A stretch of DNA of 34,698 nt from a virus: positions 1-34,698 of the IMG/VR virus record IMGVR_UViG_3300019854_000008, one strand, 5' to 3'. A program made the position numbers and the translations under genes. Below, one piece after another: positions 1 through 8,525 of this stretch (position 1 is the first letter of the stretch; each line of letters starts with the position of its first letter). Below the pieces are notes generated by a model. It had not been told where the DNA came from, ran no database searches, and was given only the letters and a program-made list of their open reading frames with translations.

Positions 1-99
1 AGTGCCGCCCCGCCGAACGCGGTGAAGTTGAAGATCATCGACTGGGTGCCAGACCCGAGCTCGCCAAGCTTGTCGACCAGCGACGTGATGTGCTGGACG
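1..99. repeat. Terminal duplication, copy 1 (identical to 34600-34698)
   Basis: Read directly: the first 99 nt (agtgccgccccgccgaacgc...gatgtgctggacg) are repeated exactly as the last 99 nt. The duplication lies inside one continuous reading frame (tape measure), so it marks circular closure or permutation of the contig, not a gene boundary. Confidence 0.95.
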
Positions 100-1283
100 A
101 CCGACCGGACCGGCGCCTGCGAGGACGAGCCGATCTTGATCATGGCGGTCTCCCAGGAGCCGCCGAGCTTCTCGATGTCGCCCTTCAGGTTGTCCTGCTT
201 CAGGCGGGCGGTCTCGGCGGCATAGCCGGCGTCGTTGACCTTATCGATCCACCCTTGGATCCCTTCCCCACCTTCGTTGTAGAGCACGTTCGCGGCACGG
301 ATGGCGTCCGACCCGAAGATGGTCGACATCGCCGTGTTGCGTTCCTCTTCGCCGAGGTCTTTCATGCCGTTGCGCAGCTGCTCTGCGACGGCGGTGATCC
401 CGATGAAGTGGCCTTGGGCGTCGTAAATGTGGATGCCCAGGTCGTCCATAGCATTCTTTGCGCCCTTGGAGGGATTCTCCAGGCGCTGGAGCATTGTCTT
501 GAAGCTCGTGCCGGCGTCCTGGCCGATCAGACCGGCGGACGCGAACGCTGCAATAGAGCCGGTCGTTTCCTCGATGCTGAGGCCGGCCTGGCTGGCCACA
601 AGGCCCGACTGCTTCAGGGCGTACGCCATGTCATGGACGCCACCCTGAGCTTTGCCGGCACCCGCAGCCAGCAGGTCGGCGACATGGGTCACCTTGTCGC
701 CAGACAAATTGAACTGGACCATAGCCGTGGCAGCCGTCTCCGCCGCCTCGGACACGCTGATCTCACCGGCGGCTGCCAAGTCGAGGGCGCCAGAAAGGCC
801 GCCAGCGAGAATGTCTTTTGTGGATACGCCGGCCTTGGCGAGCTCCTCGATGCCGGACGCCGCCTCGGTCGCCGAGAACGCAGTGTCTGCGCCGGCCTGA
901 ATCGCAGCCTCGCGCAGCTGCGACATCTCCTCCGACGAGGAGTGCGTGGCAGCCTGCACGGACGACATAGACGCGTCGAAGTTCGCCGCCATGTTGCCGG
1001 CGATCCCGGCGATCCCGAGCAGTCCCGCGCCGGCGCCAGCCACGGTCGTACCGAGCGTCGTCCACGCTGCGCCGTTCTGCCTGGCGGAGTCGGCGAGGCC
1101 AGCGAGGCCGGTCTTCCCGGTCTCGCTGGCGTTCCCCATCTTCTGGCCGGCGCCCTCCGCGGCGCCGCCGGCCTCCTGCATGGCCGTCGCGGCAGCTTTC
1201 GTGGAGTCGGACGCCTGCTGCATCCCCTGCTTCACGCCGGACGCGTCAGCTGTGAGCTTTACGACTACCGTTCTGTCGGCCAC
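1..1283 (-). CDS. Tape measure protein, N-terminal part (gene wraps the junction and continues 34599->32568; whole gene about 1104 aa)
   Basis: Absent from the ORF track because it has no in-window stop. My translation from GTG at 1283 (GGAGG 5 nt upstream) gives VADRTVVVKLTADASGVKQGMQQASDS...ATAMVQFNLSGDKVTHVADLLAAGAGKAQGGVHDMAYALKQSG...TSFKTMLQRLENPSKGAKNAMDDLGI. This is a typical TMP core. The frame is continuous with MIFNFTAFGG at position 38 (= 34637). The gene sits directly after the G/T chaperones. Confidence 0.9.
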   Translation of the reverse strand, partial: MADRTVVVKLTADASGVKQGMQQASDSTKAAATAMQEAGGAAEGAGQKMGNASETGKTGLAGLADSARQNGAAWTTLGTTVAGAGAGLLGIAGIAGNMAANFDASMSSVQAATHSSSEEMSQLREAAIQAGADTAFSATEAASGIEELAKAGVSTKDILAGGLSGALDLAAAGEISVSEAAETAATAMVQFNLSGDKVTHVADLLAAGAGKAQGGVHDMAYALKQSGLVASQAGLSIEETTGSIAAFASAGLIGQDAGTSFKTMLQRLENPSKGAKNAMDDLGIHIYDAQGHFIGITAVAEQLRNGMKDLGEEERNTAMSTIFGSDAIRAANVLYNEGGEGIQGWIDKVNDAGYAAETARLKQDNLKGDIEKLGGSWETAMIKIGSSSQAPVRSVVQHITSLVDKLGELGSGTQSMIFNFTAFGGAA

Positions 1284-1296
1284 GGGAACCTCCTAC

Positions 1297-2204
1297 CTAA
1301 TCCGCCTGCAATTCTACCCGGGCGTCAGCCACGTACAGCATGGACCCAAGCTTCGGAGGGTAGCGGAGCGACCCGTCTTTGTTCCGTTCAGAATGTTCGT
1401 TTTCCCACTGCTCGCGGGCGGCTTTCGCGTAGCACACTTCCTCGCGCGGCTCGAACCAACCGTCCATGCCTTCGTCCCAGGCAACATCCCGCGGATACCC
1501 GCAGCCACACGGACATAGGCCGTCCTCCCACATCGAGTACGCGGAAGCCAGGATGTAGTCCTCCTCCAACCACTCGTCAGAGTGGCGGAGCAGCCCCGTC
1601 GGCGGCTTCCCCCAGGCGAGCGCGTGCTTCACCTGGGACGCGATCCATCGTCCTGTGGGGCCGTTCAGGACTCGGACGAGAAAGGGGCCGTGATGGTCGG
1701 CTCGGCAACGTCGACGGCGCGGATCGTCTTTGACAGCTTCTCGACCTGGGCTGGGGAGGCATCGTACAGGTGGGCGATGTCTGCGCCGGTGACGCCGGTG
1801 GGCTCAACGATGTGCGCGGCGATGAACGCGCACTCCATGTCGTGGGTGACGTTCTCTCCGTCTGCGCCGTACTGGGCGCGCAGCTCGTCCACGAGGCGCT
1901 TCTGAGCGTGCACGGACAGGGTCTGCACGACGAATTCCACCCCGGACGCTTTCAGCTCAGCGAGGGTCTTGTTAGCCTCGTCCAGGATCCGCTTCTTCTC
2001 TTCGTCGGTAAGGCCTGGCAGGCGAGCTTCGCCGTCGAGGCGGTCGATCACTGCCAGCAGGTCGGTGCGCCCATACAGAACGCAGGCCTTCCTGGTCGGC
2101 TGGAATCCGGCCACCCAGGAGGCGAGGTCGAACTTCTCCGGCCGGTCGTTGCCGTTGGTGGCGTCCGTGGCGTTGACGTCAGTGACGGTGGATGTGTCGG
2201 TCAT
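1297..2204 (-). CDS. Tail assembly chaperone, -1 frameshift-extended isoform (gpG-T-like)
   Basis: ORF 1297..1632 is in the -1 frame relative to 1665..2204 (codon phases 2204 mod 3 = 2, 1632 mod 3 = 0). That frame is open from the slip site: ...PFLVRVLNGPTGRWIASQVKHALAWGK... The stop at 1297 lies 13 nt before the TMP start. Confidence 0.7.
1665..2204 (-). CDS. Tail assembly chaperone (gpG-like, short isoform)
   Basis: ORF 1665..2237, trimmed to ATG 2204, which has GGAGGGG about 6 nt upstream. It lies between the major tail protein and the tape measure. It ends just past a slippery heptamer and overlaps a -1 frame ORF. Confidence 0.8.
   Translation of the reverse strand: MTDTSTVTDVNATDATNGNDRPEKFDLASWVAGFQPTRKACVLYGRTDLLAVIDRLDGEARLPGLTDEEKKRILDEANKTLAELKASGVEFVVQTLSVHAQKRLVDELRAQYGADGENVTHDMECAFIAAHIVEPTGVTGADIAHLYDASPAQVEKLSKTIRAVDVAEPTITAPFSSES
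1680..1686 (-). promoter_or_regulatory. -1 programmed frameshift slippery heptamer C CCU UUC
   Basis: The minus strand reads GCC CCT TTC in the G frame, which is the X XXY YYZ pattern. After an 8-nt spacer comes a 6-bp hairpin, GTCCTG-N10-CAGGAC (plus coordinates 1650-1671). Confidence 0.65.
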
Positions 2205-2240
2205 GGAGTGCCCCTCCGCGCGGTCTGTTGCGGTCACAAG

Positions 2241-2284
2241 CAGGGTCCCGCAACCGGAGACCGCACGCCGGTTGCGGGACCCTG
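2241..2284 (-). terminator. Strong GC-rich hairpin after the major tail protein gene
   Basis: A perfect 17-bp stem, cagggtcccgcaaccgg (2241-2257) / ccggttgcgggaccctg (2268-2284), with a 10-nt loop. It sits between the MTP stop (2300) and the chaperone start (2204). There is no U-tract. Confidence 0.7.
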
Positions 2285-2299
2285 CAGGCCAGTCTACCG

Positions 2300-3088
2300 T
2301 CAGGCGCCGACCGTGTAACGGAAGCCGCCGGAAGCGCCCTTCCCGTTCGTGACGATGAAGTTTCCGGTCTGCACACCCTGCGGGAGGACCGCAGTGATTG
2401 CGGTCGGGGAAGTGACCGTGTACGACGCGACAGGGGCGGTCTTCCCGCTGACCGTGCAGGTCACGGACGACACGCCGATGAAGTTGGATCCGGAGATCAT
2501 GACCGTGTCGCCGGCCTTCTTGTTCGCCGGGTCGATCGACGAGATGACCGGGGCGGCGGTAGCGCCACCGCCGAGAACGATGCTGTTCTCCAGCGCATCC
2601 GAAATGAACAGGGTGATGGTGCGCTTCGTGTACGTGGTCCGGTCATCGGGCTTCTGCGGCTGGCCGGGGGCGACGTGATACCAGTCGACACGGTCGCCGG
2701 CGGCGAACGGAGCGGTCGGCAGCTTGCCCTCACGCTCGTAAATGTCGAACTCACGGCCGGTCTGGCAGAGCAGCTCCCAAGCCTTGTTGTCGTCGCTGGT
2801 GGCGTACTGGCCGTTGTCGTCGAAGTACCAGTAGACGGACATCTGCCCCTCGTACTCGGCGGGGCCAGGGACAGTCCCCTTGCCCTGCGCTCCGAGGACA
2901 GGCTCCTCAACAGAGGAGGAACCCTTTGAGCCGAGCTTGTAGTCAGACTTCATGACGTACATCTCGAGGCGCTGGCCAGCGTTCAGCTCGTCAACGGTGG
3001 GGTTCTTGGGGTCGGCGGCCTTGTGGGCAGCATCCAAGGCAACAACGGAGATGCGACCGTCGGCCAGGGTGCGGACTGAGGTTCCCAT
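2300..3088 (-). CDS. Major tail protein with C-terminal IPT/TIG-type Ig-like domain
   Basis: 262 aa, with a strong SD (GAGAAAGGAAAAC) before the ATG at 3088. It sits upstream of the chaperones. The C-terminal ~85 aa (ISSIDPANKKAGDTVMISGSNFIGVSSVTCTVSGKTAPVASYTVTSPTAITAVLP) have the IPT/TIG pattern. Confidence 0.8.
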   Translation of the reverse strand: MGTSVRTLADGRISVVALDAAHKAADPKNPTVDELNAGQRLEMYVMKSDYKLGSKGSSSVEEPVLGAQGKGTVPGPAEYEGQMSVYWYFDDNGQYATSDDNKAWELLCQTGREFDIYEREGKLPTAPFAAGDRVDWYHVAPGQPQKPDDRTTYTKRTITLFISDALENSIVLGGGATAAPVISSIDPANKKAGDTVMISGSNFIGVSSVTCTVSGKTAPVASYTVTSPTAITAVLPQGVQTGNFIVTNGKGASGGFRYTVGA

Positions 3089-3154
3089 GGGGTTTTCCTT
3101 TCTCCCGCGCTCTGGCGGGCGTACCAGACTTGGCTTCAGTATAGGTGTTGCAGG

Positions 3155-3577
3155 TCAGTTGATCCGATTGACGGCTCGGACCTGCCACATGTCCACCGCG
3201 TAGAACGGGTGCCCTTTCTCCGGCAGGTCGACTTGGTCGTCACGGAACATGCCAGACGAGTAGGACAGCTTCAGCGGTTCCACATACTGAGCCCCGACTT
3301 GCAGTGCGTGCCCTTCGAGGGCGCCGCGGACGTCGTCGAGGACAGTCAGGAGCCGGTCGGCGGTTGCCGCCACCATGGTGAGGGGCTGCAGGTACGACAG
3401 CTCACGCAGCTTCCCGTCGAGCGCCTCCCCGTTGCCCATGTTGGCGGCGGGAAGTTTCACGAGGATGTACGGCATGTCAGGGCGTGGGACGGTGACTTCG
3501 CCGAGGTACACGGTGTACCGGGAGCGTTCACGGCATGCCCGCTCCATCGCTTTCACGAACGGGGATATGCGTATCAT
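3155..3577 (-). CDS. Tail terminator / neck protein (assigned by position)
   Basis: A 140-aa ORF whose start overlaps the upstream stop by 4 nt. It is the last connector gene before the major tail protein. I recognise no specific motif. Confidence 0.55.
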   Translation of the reverse strand: MIRISPFVKAMERACRERSRYTVYLGEVTVPRPDMPYILVKLPAANMGNGEALDGKLRELSYLQPLTMVAATADRLLTVLDDVRGALEGHALQVGAQYVEPLKLSYSSGMFRDDQVDLPEKGHPFYAVDMWQVRAVNRIN

Positions 3578-3951
3578 CCGAGCTTCCTCACTATCTCGTC
3601 AAGCGTGTCGGCGATCTCCTGGGTGACTTTGTCGTCCATGAAGTCCGCCGGGTGCGGCAGCCCGCCGCCGCCGCGGGACGTGCCCCAGATCGCAATGTTC
3701 GCGAGCGCGCCTTTCGGTTTCGTGGGGCCGAACTCGGCCTGGGTGACACCGCCGGACGTTTTCGCGTCGTAGGAGAACGTCTCCCCCACTTTCGCGATAC
3801 CTTTGTTGGGGAACCCTTTGTACGCGTCGCGGGCGCGTTGCTTCGCCCCGTCGAGAGCGTTCTGCACGCCGACCTTGACCGCGGCGCCCGCCTCCTCGGC
3901 GGATGCGAAGTCGGCGGCCAACGTCATCAACTGGGACACGTCGACAGGCAT
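3574..3951 (-). CDS. HK97 gp10-like tail completion / neck protein
   Basis: ORF 3574..4179, trimmed to ATG 3951, where a TAATG overlap links it to the upstream gene. The segment KPKGALANIAIWGTSRGGGGLPHPADFMD resembles the HK97 gp10 family motif. Confidence 0.65.
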   Translation of the reverse strand: MPVDVSQLMTLAADFASAEEAGAAVKVGVQNALDGAKQRARDAYKGFPNKGIAKVGETFSYDAKTSGGVTQAEFGPTKPKGALANIAIWGTSRGGGGLPHPADFMDDKVTQEIADTLDEIVRKLG

Positions 3952-4322
3952 TAGGCAGTCTCCGCGTCCACGAGCATGCGGTTCGCTGTCCGGTGGGTTT
4001 GGTTGATCAAGCCGCGCACTCGGAACGGGTACCGGTAGCCGGTCACCGTGGCAACGTCTCCCACGGCAGCCTCGTACGACACGCCGTAGGGGACGTGCAG
4101 CTCCGTCTGCTGCAGCTCGTATGTGTGACCGCCGGTAGTTGGCGCGGTCCCGTACGACGTCTGCTGGCGGAGCCTGCACTTCCCTTCGTAGACGCGCTCC
4201 ATGGTCGGCTCGTCGCGGCCGGCCTTCGGGTCCCAGTTGTAGGAACCTGTCGGCCGGTCGATGACGCAGGTATCCGTCATCAGCCAGTTCGCCCGCCGGC
4301 GACGCATGTTCGGGCGGGCCAT
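3951..4322 (-). CDS. Head closure / head-tail joining protein
   Basis: ORF 3951..4379, trimmed to ATG 4322 (TGATG overlap with the upstream stop). 123 aa, starting MARPNMRRRRANWLMTDTCVIDRP..., with the size and position typical of a head-tail joining protein. Confidence 0.6.
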   Translation of the reverse strand: MARPNMRRRRANWLMTDTCVIDRPTGSYNWDPKAGRDEPTMERVYEGKCRLRQQTSYGTAPTTGGHTYELQQTELHVPYGVSYEAAVGDVATVTGYRYPFRVRGLINQTHRTANRMLVDAETA

Positions 4323-4765
4323 CAGCCGTTCTCCCTGATGTACCGCACCCAGCCGTCGTCGTAGCCGACAGGCGGCCACACGGGGCGGGTCGTGCGCATG
4401 ATGCCGATACCCTTGGGACGGCCGTCCTCGGCGTACAGCAGCAGGGAGCGTCGCTCAGTGGGTGTCAGGTACAGCCCATCCTCGGGTACCGGCCGGCCGC
4501 CACCCATCCAGTCATCCAGCCGTTCATAGTTCCACGACTCAGGGTTCGTGTACGCCCGGCCGGCGCAGGACAGGACGATCTGCTGGACGCCATCAGGGAC
4601 GTCGGCCGCAGTCCACGGGTGGGCGAGCCGCCCGGCCTCCTCAATGACGATCGTGGAGGCCCGGCGGAGCAGCATCTTCGCCCTACTGACATCGGCCTCC
4701 TCGGTGATGGGCTCACCGAGCCACTCACTGAGGAGGCCGACCGGGGCGAGCGGTTCACTCGCCAT
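4322..4765 (-). CDS. Head-tail connector (gp6-like adaptor) protein
   Basis: A 147-aa ORF starting 8 nt downstream of the capsid gene stop. Its position and size fit a head-tail adaptor. Confidence 0.6.
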   Translation of the reverse strand: MASEPLAPVGLLSEWLGEPITEEADVSRAKMLLRRASTIVIEEAGRLAHPWTAADVPDGVQQIVLSCAGRAYTNPESWNYERLDDWMGGGRPVPEDGLYLTPTERRSLLLYAEDGRPKGIGIMRTTRPVWPPVGYDDGWVRYIRENG

Positions 4766-4773
4766 GGCTGATG

Positions 4774-5703
4774 TCAGCCGATCGCAACGGCAACCGCACG
4801 CTGGGTGTCCATGACAGCGGCACCGAAGTAGGCGTCGAGCACGGACCGGTCCTCAGTGTGGTCGGGGTCGTAGTCGGCGATCTGACGGATGGCGAAGCCG
4901 TCCTCGGCGTGGCTGGCGCCGAACGAAGCGCCAAGCGGAACGTCGGCGGCGCGCAGGGCCATGGTGAACGCGTCCTTCTGGTAGGCGATCGCGCGGGCCT
5001 GCGGGAGCCGCGGGTCCTCGATGACGGTCATGCCGAACAGGCGGCCGATGGTGGCCTCGTGAAGCATGTCGCCCTGGTCGGCTGAGAACGCGGCGTTGGC
5101 GAGGTCCTTGTTCGCGTGGAGGATCTCGCCGACGGCCGGGCCGACGGCCAGGTAGCGGTTGTCGAACGGAACCTGGCGGGCGTTCAGGACGCGGGTCAGG
5201 CGGGCGAGGACGTTGAACAGGTTGGAGCCGTCAGCCTTCAGCTTCGTAGCCTTCGCGTCGGTCACGGCAACCGGGGCGGCGTTCGGGTCGGAGTCCTGGG
5301 GGGCCTGAATGCCCTCCATGAGCTTCGCGATCTTGACGGGCAGGATGTCGACGACGGCCTGAGCCTGGGGCTTGACGACCTCGTTCTCGAAGTCCTGCAG
5401 GGTCCACGTCTGCCAGTCGGAGGGCAGGCGGACAGCAGAGTAGATCTGCGTGTCGAGGGTGACGGGCACGTACGTGCGGGTCAGGTCGTTGTAGGTGATC
5501 GCGGTGCGGCTGGCGCGCTGGGCGGCGGACAGCTCGTTGGCGACAGCCTTGACGGGCAGCGGCACGTTCACGGTGGTGCCGAAGCCGGCGGAGTAGGCGG
5601 CCTCAGCGTCACGGTTGATCGTGCGAGGCAGGACGGACAGGTAGCGGAGAGCCGCGACAGACGACTCGGCGACCTTTACGGCCGGGGTTGCGAAGTTAGC
5701 CAT
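4774..5703 (-). CDS. Major capsid protein
   Basis: 309 aa, with a strong SD (CGAAAGGAAAC) before the ATG at 5703. It lies directly downstream of the scaffold gene. The composition and length are typical of scaffold-dependent actinophage capsid proteins. Confidence 0.85.
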   Translation of the reverse strand: MANFATPAVKVAESSVAALRYLSVLPRTINRDAEAAYSAGFGTTVNVPLPVKAVANELSAAQRASRTAITYNDLTRTYVPVTLDTQIYSAVRLPSDWQTWTLQDFENEVVKPQAQAVVDILPVKIAKLMEGIQAPQDSDPNAAPVAVTDAKATKLKADGSNLFNVLARLTRVLNARQVPFDNRYLAVGPAVGEILHANKDLANAAFSADQGDMLHEATIGRLFGMTVIEDPRLPQARAIAYQKDAFTMALRAADVPLGASFGASHAEDGFAIRQIADYDPDHTEDRSVLDAYFGAAVMDTQRAVAVAIG

Positions 5704-5721
5704 TGGGTTTCCTTTCGGTGC

Positions 5722-6336
5722 TCAGTTGCGGAACAGCCTCGCACCGATGGTGGCGAGGTCGGGTCGGTCGTCCGGCTCCTGCCCGCGGGGGGTGGGGTTC
5801 CGGTCGAGGGGGCTGGTGGGGGCGATGAGGGAGGCGAGCGTTTCGGCAGCCGCCTTGATCTCTTCGTCGTTGTCACCACGGAGGAATTGCGCTGCCTCGG
5901 GGGGCAGGCCAGCCTCAGTGGCGGCGTTCTGGGCGGCGACCTTCAGCTTGAGGTCGGCGAGTTCCTTCTCCGCGGCGGTGGCGCGAGCTTCCCAGTCGAC
6001 GCCAGGCTCGGCCGGCGTGGCGGGCTCGTCAGCCTCAGGGGCCTCGCCCGCGGCGGCAGCCTCAGGCTTGTCAGCCGGCTCGGCGGGGGAGGGAGTGGTT
6101 GCAGGCTCGGCCGTGTCAGCGTCGGCGGGGCTGGCGGGCTTGTCCGAACCGGTCGGCTCGGGCTTCTCCTCCGTGTCCGCGGCAGCGCGGTCAGTCTGCG
6201 GGTTCGTAGCGTCACTCTCGTTGGCCGCCTTGGGGGCAGCCGCGGGCTTCGCAGCGTCCTCCTGACCGGCGGGGACGGGCGACGCATCGCTGGTCTTCGT
6301 GTCGTCCCCTTCGGGGCGACCAGGACGGTCAGCCAT
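5722..6336 (-). CDS. Scaffolding protein with long acidic Pro/Ala/Glu-rich N-terminal region
   Basis: ORF 5722..6351, trimmed to ATG 6336 (GAGAGGAGG upstream). The C-terminal part (WEARATAAEKELADLKLKVAAQNAATEAGLPPEAAQFLRGDNDEEIKAAAETL) looks like a scaffold coiled coil. It sits between the MuF-like and capsid genes. Confidence 0.75.
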   Translation of the reverse strand: MADRPGRPEGDDTKTSDASPVPAGQEDAAKPAAAPKAANESDATNPQTDRAAADTEEKPEPTGSDKPASPADADTAEPATTPSPAEPADKPEAAAAGEAPEADEPATPAEPGVDWEARATAAEKELADLKLKVAAQNAATEAGLPPEAAQFLRGDNDEEIKAAAETLASLIAPTSPLDRNPTPRGQEPDDRPDLATIGARLFRN

Positions 6337-6379
6337 GCGGCCTCCTCTCATGGTTTCTGTGAGACGTGCCCAGTGTATA

Positions 6380-7150
6380 TCACCGACCGGGGATTCCGTC
6401 GGTGAACAGGCCAGGATTCTGCCGGCGCATGTGTTCGAGGATTTCCCGGCGGCGGGCTTTGCCGTTACTCATGTCTTTGGTGGCTTCTGCAGCCTGGTCG
6501 TACGCGTCGGAGATCGCTTCCTCGTGGCTGGTAGCACCGGACCGCAGCCACTGCTTCGGCGTCTGGTCACTGACCTCGTACGTGCAGTCGCAGTGCGGAT
6601 GGGATTGGAAGGCGGCGGTTTCCGGGGTGTAGACGGGGCCGCGAGCCGCGAGCATGGAGCAGAACGCGCACGTTTTCCCTACGATGACGCGGCGTGCGCG
6701 GAGCTTGGATTTCCGTGCGGACCGGATGACGGAGAGTCGGTCCCGGTCGCGGGCGAGTTTCCCGGCGGCGATGCCCATCCGTTTGCGGGCGAGGGCGAGC
6801 GCTTCTGCTTCGGATGCGCCGGCGCGGATGGCTACCCGTCTGGTGACAGGGCCGGACAGTGTCACCACTTCGACTTCGCGGGCTTCCATCGCGTCACCGA
6901 CCAGGTCTTGGGCGATGTGCAGCCCGGAGGCAGTCTGGTAGCGAGACAGGTAGTGGCTTGTTTCGGCGTCTACTGCCCGGTTTGCGGCGGCTTGTCGGCG
7001 GAGTGCGGCGTCCATGAACGCCCTCTCCGCGATACTGCCTCCTCCGGCGAGCCGGTCGACGTCCTCCTGGGCGGCGTCAGCGATCGCCTGGGCTAGCGGC
7101 GTCATTGCCCGCTGGTGGGACAGTGTGACGGCGGCGGCACCCCACCGCAT
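6380..7150 (-). CDS. MuF-like minor capsid protein
   Basis: 256 aa, immediately after the portal gene. It carries the Cys/His motif GKTCAFCSMLAARGPVYTPETAAFQSHPHCDCTYE, typical of the Mu F / SPP1 gp7 C-terminal domain. Confidence 0.8.
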   Translation of the reverse strand: MRWGAAAVTLSHQRAMTPLAQAIADAAQEDVDRLAGGGSIAERAFMDAALRRQAAANRAVDAETSHYLSRYQTASGLHIAQDLVGDAMEAREVEVVTLSGPVTRRVAIRAGASEAEALALARKRMGIAAGKLARDRDRLSVIRSARKSKLRARRVIVGKTCAFCSMLAARGPVYTPETAAFQSHPHCDCTYEVSDQTPKQWLRSGATSHEEAISDAYDQAAEATKDMSNGKARRREILEHMRRQNPGLFTDGIPGR

Positions 7151-7151
7151 G

Positions 7152-8525
7152 TCAGGCCTTCAGTGGGTTGTCGTTCCCTTCCCCCCGGTCGGGGGTGAGG
7201 GCCTGCGCGTACTGGGTGAGGGCGTCGGGGTGCTGGTCGGCCCACTGCCGCCATTCATCGGCCTCCTGCGGTGACACGCCGGGGATCCGCTGCCAGAGCA
7301 GTTCGGCAGGGACGCCGAGCGACTGGGTGAGCTTCCCGAGCGCGTCGGCAGCCTGCGACAGGGAGCGGGCCTCCATGTCACGCCAGTCGATGCGGAGGGA
7401 GTAGTCGGCGGCGAGGTCGCGCCGGCCAGCCTGGGCCTGGGCGAGGCGGAGCAGCGACGCGATGGAGCGGCCGTAGGCGCGCTGGATGGCGTCCACGTGC
7501 GTCCGTTCTGCGCTCTTAGCTTCGGCGAGCGCGTCGGCAGAGAGGTTCACCAGCTGGGAGCCGGACAGTGCCCACGACGGGACGGAAGCGAGCGCCGCAA
7601 GGGTGCCGAGGTCGGCCCGCTCGGCGTCAAGCAAGGAGGACATGGTGGTTTCGGGCAGGGACCCGAACTGGACGCCTTCACCGCCGGTGAGGATGTCAGC
7701 GTGCTCCAGGATGGCTTTCTGCCGTTCAGCCTCCTCGGGGGAGCCAGGGTCGGTGAGGCCGGTGGCGGTGCGGACACGCCAGGAGTTGTTGTGCTGGACG
7801 AGGAGCCGGTCGTTGACAGTCTTCACGTACCGGCGCGCAGCGGGGCGGAGCCTGTCGACGAGGCCGGGGCAGGCGCCGGCGAGGTCCTGGTAGGGAGCGA
7901 ACCGGACGACAGGGCACACGCCGGCAGGGTGGGTGGCGGTGGTCTCTCCGGTCTTTGGGTCGATCACTTCAGTGTCGTTGATGTACAGCCAGGGGTTGCC
8001 GGCGCCGTCCAGGAGGGCGGCCTCGGTTGGCCACTCGGCCGACGGGTCGCCACCCCATCCGCAAGCGACGCGAGACGACGGGAGCGGCAGGAGCCGCGGC
8101 TGCGGACGCCCGGGCAGTGCGATCACGTAGGCGACACCATCGATAAGTGACTCGCGGTACAGGGCGGTCTGCTTGGTGGGCATGCCAGCGTATTCCCACG
8201 GCTCCCACATGGTGTGCAGGTCGGCAGTGTTGTCGTCTGCGTCGCCGGTCAGGCCGGAACGGGACACGCCGTCGCAGAGCAGCTGCCGGGCGAGCGTGTC
8301 AACGAGCAGGCCGAGCGTTGGGCCGAGGGACAGCTGCCGGAGCCGGCGACGTTCCTCGTTCTTGCTGCCGCCGTCAATGTCGGCGAGGCCGAGCATCCGC
8401 CCGTGCGGGTCGGCGAGGGGGGCGACGTCCTCGCGGCGCTGCCTGGTCCAGGCCAGCTCTTCCGTGTGGTTGCCGACGAGCCTGTCCCACGGCCCGGGGA
8501 CGGTCGTCTTACCGTTGTTCACCAT
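7152..8525 (-). CDS. Portal protein
   Basis: 457 aa. Its start overlaps the TerL stop by 7 nt. The size and the position between TerL and MuF fit a portal protein. Confidence 0.85.
   Translation of the reverse strand: MVNNGKTTVPGPWDRLVGNHTEELAWTRQRREDVAPLADPHGRMLGLADIDGGSKNEERRRLRQLSLGPTLGLLVDTLARQLLCDGVSRSGLTGDADDNTADLHTMWEPWEYAGMPTKQTALYRESLIDGVAYVIALPGRPQPRLLPLPSSRVACGWGGDPSAEWPTEAALLDGAGNPWLYINDTEVIDPKTGETTATHPAGVCPVVRFAPYQDLAGACPGLVDRLRPAARRYVKTVNDRLLVQHNNSWRVRTATGLTDPGSPEEAERQKAILEHADILTGGEGVQFGSLPETTMSSLLDAERADLGTLAALASVPSWALSGSQLVNLSADALAEAKSAERTHVDAIQRAYGRSIASLLRLAQAQAGRRDLAADYSLRIDWRDMEARSLSQAADALGKLTQSLGVPAELLWQRIPGVSPQEADEWRQWADQHPDALTQYAQALTPDRGEGNDNPLKA

Noticed and set aside
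1-99. Interpreting the 99-nt end duplication as a biological direct terminal repeat marking the packaged genome ends.
   Set aside because: It falls in the middle of the tape measure reading frame, and its size equals a common assembler k-mer. Assembly closure of a circular or circularly permuted genome is the simpler explanation. The true ends remain undetermined.
90-1733. Long plus-strand ORF (547 aa) antisense to the tape measure and chaperone genes. Similar long antisense ORFs occur at 5116..6405, 8948..10309, 10379..11857, 28487..29452, 30813..31931, 19698..20432(-) and 21985..22887(-).
   Set aside because: The products are Arg/Gly/Pro/Leu-rich and low in complexity, with no SD. They lie opposite genes with clear family motifs and strong third-position GC. 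This is the usual stop-codon-poor artefact of high-GC DNA.
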